Source: a virus (Duplodnaviria > Caudoviricetes). From it: a stretch of DNA of 24,299 nt. Shown in pieces: positions 13,928 to 21,735 of the stretch. The notes under the pieces were generated by a model. That model was not told the DNA's origin. It was given only the letters and a program-made list of their open reading frames with translations, and did not search any database. The translations under genes and the position numbers were made by a program. Position 1 is the first letter of the stretch; each line of letters begins with the position of its first letter. The stretch lies in the IMG/VR virus record IMGVR_UViG_3300044769_000229, positions 1 through 24,299 of that record; one strand, given 5' to 3'.

Positions 13928-16776
13928 TGGCGGACGTCGTCAAGGTTGCCATAGTCGGCGAGATCACCGACCTCAAGGCGAAGCTCGCGGCGGCGAAGGC
14001 CGACGTGAAGTCGTTCGACGACGACGTAGCCCGGCTGTCCGATGAGATCGCCCGCGGGGGCGCGGCGGCCGAGACCCAGTTCGGCGGGCAGCTGCAGACC
14101 GCGTCCATACAGCTCATCCGCGCGTCGGTGAACGTACAGAACTTCGAGGACAAGATCGCGGCGCTCGTGCCGTCGATGGGGAAGACCGGCCAGGCGGCGC
14201 AGGGCGCGGCCGAGCAGGTGAAGGGCCTCGTCGACGAGGCGACGTCGGCCCGCGTCGGGGCCGTGCCGGGAGCGATGGGCGGTGCCTCGTCGTCCATAGC
14301 TCTGCTCGGAGCGGCGGCGGGCATCGCGGTCGTCGGCGTCCAGGCCCTCGTCGGCGCGCTGGTATCGCTCTACAACGAGGCCGTGCGGGCGTCCGACGCC
14401 GTGAGCCGCATCGAGATCGGCGCGACCCTCGCTGGCAACCTCGGCATCGTGCGGGCGTCGGTCGAGCAGACCATCGCCGAGCTTCAGAAGATGTACGGCG
14501 TCACGCGCGAGGACGCGGAGAAGATCGCGGGCGCGTTCTCGACGATGCGGGGGACGAGCGAGGAGCAGCTCCGCGGGCTCTCCATCGCGGTCGGCCAGTA
14601 CCTGCAGGCGACGGGCCGCGACGCGACCGCGACCGTGAACACGGTCACCGGGCTCCTCCAGAAGCAGCGCGTCACCATCGAGGAGCTCGAGAAGGTCTTC
14701 CCGGGCCTCACCCGCGAGCAGTACCAGTCCTACGCCGCGGTGTCGCAGCTCGGGTCGGGCACGCAGAGGGCGGCGGCGATGTCGCAGCTGTTCCTCGACT
14801 ACATGAAGTCCGCGTCGCCGCAGATCGCGGAGTACAACTCGGGCATACACCGCAGCTGGGCGAACTTCGCGCAGTACTGGGTGATGCTCGCGGCGGGCAT
14901 CCCGTACCAGGAAATCCACGACGCGATGCTCCAGCAGAACACGAAGACGTGGAACGAGCACACCGCGGCCGTGCAGCGGGACATCGCGGCGATGAAGGGC
15001 GCGGCCCCCGCCGCCGACGAGGTGCTCATCGCCGCCGACCGCGCCGCCGCCGCGCAGGCCAAGTACGGCGACCGGATACAGGACACGAAGCGGAACATCA
15101 AGGAGCTCGAGGCGGGCCTCGCGACCGCGCGGGCGACCGAGACCGGCGACGCCCTCGCGCGGGACATCGCGAAGTACTCGGAGGCGCTGAAGGAGGCGAG
15201 GACGAACCTCGCGAGGCTTCAGGCCGAGCAGGCGAACCGCGAGAACGCCGGTAAGGCAGCAGCGGGCGAGGTCCTCGTCAACGAGGCGCGCCTGACCAAC
15301 GCGCAGATCGCCGCCGACGACAGCATCTCGAAGCAGGAGCAGATACAGCGCCAGATACAGACCTGGAACATCCTCCTCTCGAGCGACAAGCTCACCGCGG
15401 CGCAGCGGGTCCAGGTCCAGCGCGACCTCGCGACGTCGCTGCGGCAGCTGCACGCGGCGGAGGCCGCCGAGGTGAAGGCCGCCGAGCGGATGAAGGCGGA
15501 CATCGCGAAGGACACCGCGCGGACCGACCTCGAGCTGAGCCGCATCACGATCCAGGAGAAGCGCGCCGCCCTCGAGCAGCAGGTCCAGGCTCACCAGATC
15601 AGCGAGCAGCAGAAGCTCGAGCTGATGAGGCAGTTCGCCGAGGAGGAGCTGCAGATCAACCTGCGGGTCCTCGACAACTCGATCAGCACGTACGAGGCGG
15701 ACGAGAAGGAGTTCGCCCGGGTCGAGAACCAGAAGCGCATCCTCCGCGCGCAGACCGCGGCCGAGATCGCGAAGATCGACGCGCAGATCGAGCAGGCGAA
15801 CAACCGGGCGGCCCGCGAGGACATGCGCGCGTGGCGCGACGCGACCAACGTGCTGCTGTCCGCCCAGCGGACGTTCGTCCAGGGCATGTTCAACTCGAAC
15901 GAGAGCATCAAGATGGTCGCGCTCAGGACCATCGACACCATCCTGCAGAAGGAGATCGAGGCCGACCTCGCCTACCTCACTAAGCACATGCTGTTCAAGG
16001 AGACCGAGCTGGCGGCCGACGCGACCGCGGAGCAGGGCGGCCTCCTCGTGAAGCTGTTCTCCGAGGGCCAGAAGACGGCGGCGACCGCGTCCGGGGCGAC
16101 GGCGCGCGGCGCGATAAACCAGGCCGAGGCGGCGTCCGAGAACACCGGGCTGATCATCCGCGCCGCGCGGTGGGTGGCCACCCAGCTCGGCTTCACGGCG
16201 GCGTCGACCGCGGGCGAGGCCGCGAGGACCACCGCCGCCACCACCGGCGAGGCCGCGCGGGTCGCGACGACGACCGCCGCGGCGGCCACCGAGCAGGCCA
16301 TCAGGGCCACCGCGAACGTCGCCGCCGTCGAGTCGTACGCCGCCGTCGCCGCGGCCGGGGCCGCCGCCGCCATGGCCTCCATCCCGTACATCGGGCCCGC
16401 TCTCGCCGCCGCCGCGGCGGCCGAGACGTTCGCGATGCTCCAGCCGTTCGCCGCCATCGCCGCCCTCGAGACGGGCACGATGGAGGTGCCGAAGAACATG
16501 CCAGCGATGCTGCACCAGGGCGAGATGGTCGTCCCGAAGACGTTCGCGTCCGGCATCCGGTCGATGCTCTCGACCTCGCCCCCTGTCCCCGGCGGCTTCT
16601 CGACCCCGGCCGGCAGGGGGGCGTCGTCCGGCGACGTGCACGTCAACTACAGCCCGACGATCAACGCGCCCGAGCGGCCGACGCTGCCGCAGCTCGTGGC
16701 CCAGGATGCCAGCTTCTTCCGCGCGTGGATACAGTCCGAGATCAGGGACGGCTCCATCAAGCTGGCGACGACTTGA
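13927..16776 (+). CDS. Tail tape measure protein (949 aa)
   Basis: Long helical A/E/Q/K-rich protein with hydrophobic segments and C-terminal motifs ASIPYIGPALA and MLHQGEMVVP. Follows the chaperone. Confidence 0.93.
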   Translation: MADVVKVAIVGEITDLKAKLAAAKADVKSFDDDVARLSDEIARGGAAAETQFGGQLQTASIQLIRASVNVQNFEDKIAALVPSMGKTGQAAQGAAEQVKGLVDEATSARVGAVPGAMGGASSSIALLGAAAGIAVVGVQALVGALVSLYNEAVRASDAVSRIEIGATLAGNLGIVRASVEQTIAELQKMYGVTREDAEKIAGAFSTMRGTSEEQLRGLSIAVGQYLQATGRDATATVNTVTGLLQKQRVTIEELEKVFPGLTREQYQSYAAVSQLGSGTQRAAAMSQLFLDYMKSASPQIAEYNSGIHRSWANFAQYWVMLAAGIPYQEIHDAMLQQNTKTWNEHTAAVQRDIAAMKGAAPAADEVLIAADRAAAAQAKYGDRIQDTKRNIKELEAGLATARATETGDALARDIAKYSEALKEARTNLARLQAEQANRENAGKAAAGEVLVNEARLTNAQIAADDSISKQEQIQRQIQTWNILLSSDKLTAAQRVQVQRDLATSLRQLHAAEAAEVKAAERMKADIAKDTARTDLELSRITIQEKRAALEQQVQAHQISEQQKLELMRQFAEEELQINLRVLDNSISTYEADEKEFARVENQKRILRAQTAAEIAKIDAQIEQANNRAAREDMRAWRDATNVLLSAQRTFVQGMFNSNESIKMVALRTIDTILQKEIEADLAYLTKHMLFKETELAADATAEQGGLLVKLFSEGQKTAATASGATARGAINQAEAASENTGLIIRAARWVATQLGFTAASTAGEAARTTAATTGEAARVATTTAAAATEQAIRATANVAAVESYAAVAAAGAAAAMASIPYIGPALAAAAAAETFAMLQPFAAIAALETGTMEVPKNMPAMLHQGEMVVPKTFASGIRSMLSTSPPVPGGFSTPAGRGASSGDVHVNYSPTINAPERPTLPQLVAQDASFFRAWIQSEIRDGSIKLATT

Positions 16777-17669
16777 CAGATGCGGTCGTCACCCAGCTCA
16801 CCCTCGAAGTCTGGACGTCGACGGACGACCCGCCGACCGGGCTCCTCTGCACGCAGGTCGAGGCCGAGTTCTTCGTCTCGTCCGACCGCAACCCATGGCT
16901 GCAGTGCACCCAGGTCGAGGCGGAGTACTTCGCGACGTCCGACCGCAACCCGTGGTGGCGCGTCACCCAGCAGGAAGTCGAAGTTTGGCTGCTCACCAGG
17001 GAGCTCGGATTGACCTACCCTATCTACCCAACGCTGCCGGGCCTCGGCTACTCGGTGTTCTGGAAGCCGGAGTTCGCGAACGCGCCGACCGCGTACGCGG
17101 CGAACAAGGCCGAGATCGACCTGGCGCTCGCCGAGACGCCGGTGCACGAGTTCACGCTGACGTACGACTTCCTCCGCGACGAGACGGCCTACCTGCTCAG
17201 CCCCATCTCGAACGAGTTCAAGCGGCTGTTCGGCTTCTTCCTTCGGCTCGGCGCGAACGCCGGGCGCTTCGTCTTCGAGAACCCGGACGACAACGCCACG
17301 ACGCAGCAGGAGTACGTGGGCGAGACGGACGGCGTCGAGGTCCGCTACGGCCCAATCGTCCGCACGTTCGGCGTCGACGACGACGTGGGGGTGGAGCCGG
17401 TCGGGTACGTCAACCTCACGCAGCCGGTGCACGTGTACCTCGACGGCGTCGAGGCGGACCCCGGCACGTACGAGATCGACCGCACCTACCCGCTGAACCA
17501 GAAGGTCCACTTCTTCCTCGCGCCGTCCGCCGGGCAGGACATCACCATCGAGTGCTCGTACTACTACTACTGCAAGTTCGCCGAGGACAACCAGAGCTTC
17601 GAGAAGTTCATGCAGCGGCTGTGGATGGTCAAGCAGGTCACGATCCGGTCGAACAGGGGGACCGCTTGA
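16773..17669 (+). CDS. Distal tail protein (DUF2460-like) with 79-aa N-terminal repeat arm; alternative start at TTG 17010
   Basis: TTGA overlap with the tape measure stop. Core motifs P.LPGL.YSV...P.F, F.LTYDFL, L.GFF...G....F.F..PDD and F..AP..G..IT....YYY.C.F.ED. Confidence 0.78.
   Translation: MTDAVVTQLTLEVWTSTDDPPTGLLCTQVEAEFFVSSDRNPWLQCTQVEAEYFATSDRNPWWRVTQQEVEVWLLTRELGLTYPIYPTLPGLGYSVFWKPEFANAPTAYAANKAEIDLALAETPVHEFTLTYDFLRDETAYLLSPISNEFKRLFGFFLRLGANAGRFVFENPDDNATTQQEYVGETDGVEVRYGPIVRTFGVDDDVGVEPVGYVNLTQPVHVYLDGVEADPGTYEIDRTYPLNQKVHFFLAPSAGQDITIECSYYYYCKFAEDNQSFEKFMQRLWMVKQVTIRSNRGTA
16848..16955 (+). repeat. Tandem coding duplication, 57-nt period (CTQVEAE.F..SDRNPW x2)
   Basis: 16848-16898 versus 16905-16955: 44 of 51 nt identical by manual alignment. 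Confidence 0.92.
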
Positions 17670-18547
17670 GGCCGTGCAACCCGACGCTCGCGGCGGCCCT
17701 CATGTCGGGCATCGTCCCGTACAAGCTGGCGGAGTGCTACACGCTCACGCTGGCGGACGGGGCCACGACGTACCGCTGGACGACGTACGACCGCGATGTC
17801 GAGCTGAACCTCGAGGTCTTCACCTGCCAGAACCCGCACCTGAAGCGCAGCAAGTGGTCGCTGACGAACACGATGCAGGTGCCGTCGATGACGGTGACGC
17901 TCCTCTCGACCACGACCGCGTTCGCGGGCGGCCTCGACATCCGGTCCCGGATCGCCCAGGGCTTCCTTGACGGCGCGTCGTTCCTCCTCACCAACGTGTA
18001 CATCGACGCGGTCGCCACCGGGTTCGGGGAGAAGTACCCGGTGATCCTCGGCGACATCCCGATCTTCGGCGGCTCGGTCAGCACGGCGCAGATAGGCGGG
18101 ACGAGCGCCGTCATCATGGTGAAGGGCGCGAACAACAAGCTCGACCAGAACGCGCCGCGCCGCGTCTACCAGATCGGATGCAACAACACGTTCTGCGACG
18201 CGGGGTGCACGCTCGACCGCAACGCGTTCACGTTCCCGTTCGCCGTCGGGGCGTCGCCGACGAGGTCCTTCATCCCGTGGGCGACGCCCCCGGGCGACCC
18301 GTCGCTGTTCCAGCTCGGCACCGTGACGATGACCAGCGGACCGGCTTCCGGGCAGGCGATGACCGTGGAGGCCGCGGACGCGTCGGGCCTCACGCTCGTC
18401 TTCCCGCTCTACAACACGCCGGAGCCGGGCGACACGTTCGACGCCTTCGAGGGCTGCAACAAGACGGTGGCCCGCTGCGACTCGCGCGGCAACACGCAGA
18501 ACGGCCTGTGGTTCCCGTTCATCCCGGCGGCGGAGACCGCGTTCTGA
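17666..18547 (+). CDS. Tail tip hub protein (DUF2163/BR0599-like, lambda gpL-equivalent; probable Fe-S cysteines), 293 aa
   Basis: TTGA-coupled start with AGGGGG upstream. Motifs YTLTLADG...RWT.YD, G.LDGA, YQIGCNNTFCDAGC, GDTF....GCNKT...C and FPFIP. Confidence 0.85.
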   Translation: MRPCNPTLAAALMSGIVPYKLAECYTLTLADGATTYRWTTYDRDVELNLEVFTCQNPHLKRSKWSLTNTMQVPSMTVTLLSTTTAFAGGLDIRSRIAQGFLDGASFLLTNVYIDAVATGFGEKYPVILGDIPIFGGSVSTAQIGGTSAVIMVKGANNKLDQNAPRRVYQIGCNNTFCDAGCTLDRNAFTFPFAVGASPTRSFIPWATPPGDPSLFQLGTVTMTSGPASGQAMTVEAADASGLTLVFPLYNTPEPGDTFDAFEGCNKTVARCDSRGNTQNGLWFPFIPAAETAF

Positions 18548-19098
18548 TGGCCATCAAGCTGCAGCGGACGGAGGTGGAGGGCAGGTCGGTCCGGGTGACC
18601 AACCCGTTCAACAAGGCCGTGGAGCTGCACGAGTTCGAGACCGAGGCGGAGGCGTCGGCGATGGCCAGCGTCGTCGCCGAGGCCCTGTCGTGGGTCGGCA
18701 CGCCGTTCCGTGACTGCACCGACGTGAAGGGCCCCGGCGGAGGGATCGACTGCGCCATGCTGCTCGTCCGGGCGTACGTCGACACCGGGGTCGTCCCGCC
18801 GTTCGACCCGAGGCCCTACCCGCCGCAGTGGCACATGAACAACTCCGAGGAGAAGTTCCTCGAGTGGCTCGAGGGGCCGCTCGGCTGCTCGCGCGTTGAC
18901 CGGCCGCGGCTCGGCGACGTCGTCGTGTACCAGTACGGGCGGTGCTACTCGCACGGCGCGCTCATCACGAACAACAAGGAGATTGTGCACGCGTACACGA
19001 GGAGCGCGGTCTGCCACGTGTCGCTGCAGACCGAGACCGACCTGATGTTCCTCCGGAGCGGCAAGCCGCGCCCGAGGCTCTACTTCCGGGTGGGCTGA
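18547..19098 (+). CDS. NlpC/P60-family tail-associated peptidase, 183 aa
   Basis: TGATG-coupled start. Motifs EALSWVGTPF, G.DC (catalytic Cys), PRLGDVV, SHGAL (His) and IVHA (His). Confidence 0.9.
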   Translation: MAIKLQRTEVEGRSVRVTNPFNKAVELHEFETEAEASAMASVVAEALSWVGTPFRDCTDVKGPGGGIDCAMLLVRAYVDTGVVPPFDPRPYPPQWHMNNSEEKFLEWLEGPLGCSRVDRPRLGDVVVYQYGRCYSHGALITNNKEIVHAYTRSAVCHVSLQTETDLMFLRSGKPRPRLYFRVG

Positions 19099-21734
19099 TG
19101 GTCGCGCGGTCCGCCGGTGGGAACAACAAGAGCATCCCCTACTACACCGGGCTGCAGGTGCAGACGTCCGCGCTGAACGTGCCCATCGCCATAATGTGGG
19201 GCCGCAACCGCATCACGTTCAACCTCATCTGGTGGAACGACTTCAGGCGCTACAAGGTCGAGGCCGGCAAGGGCGGCGGAGGGAAGGGCGGCACCCAGTA
19301 CACCTACTCGGTCGCCGCGCTGATGTCCCTCTGCTGGGGAGAGATCAGCTCGATCCCGGTCGTGTACACGAACCAGGCGACGTCGACGCTCGCGAACCTC
19401 GCCCTCACGCTCTACAGCGGGACGCCGTCGCAGACGCCGTTCCCGTACATCGTCGCCACGCACCCCGACCAGGCGCTGTCGTACCCCAACATCGCGTACC
19501 TCGCGGCGAGCCTGTTCGACCTCGCGTCGTCGCCGATCCTCCCGTCCATCTCGCTCGAGGCGGTCGGGAACCTGTCGGGGTCGATGCCCGGCACCGACGA
19601 CGCGAACCTCGGCGACATCATACCGGACTTCCTCACCAACCCGCTGTACGGGATGGGCCTCGACGCAGGGGACATCGGCGCGTCGGTCGCCTACTACAAG
19701 CAGTACCAGCAGGCGGAGGGGCTGTTCTTCTCGCCGGTGCTCACGCAGCAGGAGAAGGCGACCGACATCATCAACAGGTGGGCGGCCCTCAGCAACACCT
19801 GGATATTCTGGGGCGGGCTCGAGATGATGTTCGTGCCGCTCGGCGACCGCGAGGTCACCGGGAACGGCGAGACGTACGTCCCCGTCACCGACATCCGGTA
19901 CGAGATCGGGGCGGGCGACTTCCTCGACGCCGACGCGCCGGTGAAGGTCTCTCGGAAGGACCCGGCCGACGCGTACAACACGACGCGCATCCAGATCAAG
20001 GACCGCGCGCTCGACTACAACACGAACCCCATCGAGTACAAGGACCAGACCCTCATCGACAGGTACGGGGTCCGGGACAACAACGGCATCACCGCCGACG
20101 AGGTGACCGAGTCCGAGGTCGGCCTGAAGGTCGTCACGCTCATCGGGAAGCGCGCGGCGTACCTCCTCAACGACTACGCGTTCAGGACGTCGAACCGCTT
20201 CGTCAGGCTGCAGCCCGGCGACCTCGTCAGGCTCACCGACCCGACGACCCCGGCCATCACCAACCTCCCGGTCCGCGTCAGGACCGTCGAGTGCGGCGAC
20301 GACGGCGCGCTGTCGTTCGTCGCGGAGGACTACCCGGGCACGGTCGGCACCCCGATCCCGCAGGACCTCGAGCCCCCTGACCCCACGGCCTTCAACATGC
20401 TCGTGCCGCCGGGCGACGTCAACCCGCCGTGCATCTTCGAGCCGGACAGCTCGCTGAACGACGGGCCGCCGCAGGTGTGGATCGCGGCGTCGGGCGGCGA
20501 GTTCTGGGGCGGCGCGAACGTCTTCGTGAGCTTCGACGGCGTCACCTACGCCCAGATCGACACCATCAACGCTCCGGCGAAGCAGGGGGTGCTCACCGAC
20601 GACCTGCCGAGCCACGCGGACCCGGACACGGTCAACACGCTCGCGGTCGACCTCGGGCAGTCGTTCCAGCAGCTCCTCGCGGTCACGAACGCGGACGCCG
20701 ACGCGTTCCGCTCGCTGTCGTACGTCGTGGAGCAGCCGACGGCGGGGGTGATCGCGGTGGACGGCGAGCTCCTCGCGTACGGCGACGTCGCCTCGACCGG
20801 GACGTACACGGACGACCTCACCTACCTCCGGCGCGGCCTCTACGGCTCGACGCTCGGCGGCCACCTCACCGGGGACCAGTTCACGCTCATCGACATCAAC
20901 GGCACGACGGGATCGCTCGTGCGGTATCCGATCCCGGCGCAGTACATCGGCGAGACGATCCACGTGAAGTTCTGCTCGTTCAACCTGTACGGCCTCTCGG
21001 TCCAGGACATCTCGTCGGTCGTCGACTACACCTACGACCCGACCGGCCGCGGGTACGGCGGCGGGGGCGACGGCCTGCCGAACGTCCCGACCGGCCTCTC
21101 GGGGTCGCCGTCGGGGGCCAACAACGTCATGGCGTGGGACGCGAACCCGGCGACCGACAACGTGCTGACGTACATCCTCTACAGGGCGGACGGGACCGGC
21201 GCGGGCTTCGGCACGGCCAACGTCATCTGGCAGGGCAACGCGACGTCGTACCTCGACACGAATATCACGCTGGGCGACGGCTACACGTACTTCGTCTCGG
21301 CCGTGAACGCCGTGGGCGAGAGCGGCCCCACCGCGGGCGTCGACGTCACGGCCTCCGCGCCGCCGTCGGACCTGATCCCGCTGCGGGTGAGCGCGGGCAC
21401 TCCGAACCGGAAGCCGGAGGTCGGCGAGGTACTCTTCACGGTCCCGATGAAGACCGGCGACGAGCTCCCGGCCGACCTCGTCGGCAGCGAGCTCCAGATC
21501 GACGTGAACGCTGGCGGCGTCGCGCCGACCGCCGATTGGACCATCATCCTGAAGAAGAACGCGGCGACCATCTTCACCGGGACAATCGCCGCGGCGGCGT
21601 TCACCGGCTCCTTCTCGACGGGGGCGGCGGTCATCTTCTCGGACGGCGACTTCCTCTCGGCGGTCTGCATCACCCCGCAGGACGCGACCTGCGAGGGCAT
21701 CTCCATAACCATCATAGGAACGAGGACGCAGTGA
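19098..21734 (+). CDS. Central tail tip / host-specificity protein (Phage-tail_3, gpJ/GTA megatron-like) with FN3-like domain and C-terminal beta-domain, 878 aa
   Basis: TGATG-coupled start. Motifs PIAIMWG.NR...N.IW, GKGGG, LQPGDLV.L, W.GA.V..S.DG..Y and L..LRRGLYG. FN3-like segment P.VPTGL...W......Y.LYR...Y.YFVSAVNAVGES. Confidence 0.88.
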   Translation: MVARSAGGNNKSIPYYTGLQVQTSALNVPIAIMWGRNRITFNLIWWNDFRRYKVEAGKGGGGKGGTQYTYSVAALMSLCWGEISSIPVVYTNQATSTLANLALTLYSGTPSQTPFPYIVATHPDQALSYPNIAYLAASLFDLASSPILPSISLEAVGNLSGSMPGTDDANLGDIIPDFLTNPLYGMGLDAGDIGASVAYYKQYQQAEGLFFSPVLTQQEKATDIINRWAALSNTWIFWGGLEMMFVPLGDREVTGNGETYVPVTDIRYEIGAGDFLDADAPVKVSRKDPADAYNTTRIQIKDRALDYNTNPIEYKDQTLIDRYGVRDNNGITADEVTESEVGLKVVTLIGKRAAYLLNDYAFRTSNRFVRLQPGDLVRLTDPTTPAITNLPVRVRTVECGDDGALSFVAEDYPGTVGTPIPQDLEPPDPTAFNMLVPPGDVNPPCIFEPDSSLNDGPPQVWIAASGGEFWGGANVFVSFDGVTYAQIDTINAPAKQGVLTDDLPSHADPDTVNTLAVDLGQSFQQLLAVTNADADAFRSLSYVVEQPTAGVIAVDGELLAYGDVASTGTYTDDLTYLRRGLYGSTLGGHLTGDQFTLIDINGTTGSLVRYPIPAQYIGETIHVKFCSFNLYGLSVQDISSVVDYTYDPTGRGYGGGGDGLPNVPTGLSGSPSGANNVMAWDANPATDNVLTYILYRADGTGAGFGTANVIWQGNATSYLDTNITLGDGYTYFVSAVNAVGESGPTAGVDVTASAPPSDLIPLRVSAGTPNRKPEVGEVLFTVPMKTGDELPADLVGSELQIDVNAGGVAPTADWTIILKKNAATIFTGTIAAAAFTGSFSTGAAVIFSDGDFLSAVCITPQDATCEGISITIIGTRTQ

Positions 21735-21735
21735 T

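Noticed and set aside
16848-16955. Repeat pair as a CRISPR array or DGR template/variable repeat
   Set aside because: Only two in-frame coding units, no spacers, differences not adenine-specific, and no cas or reverse transcriptase gene in the window.
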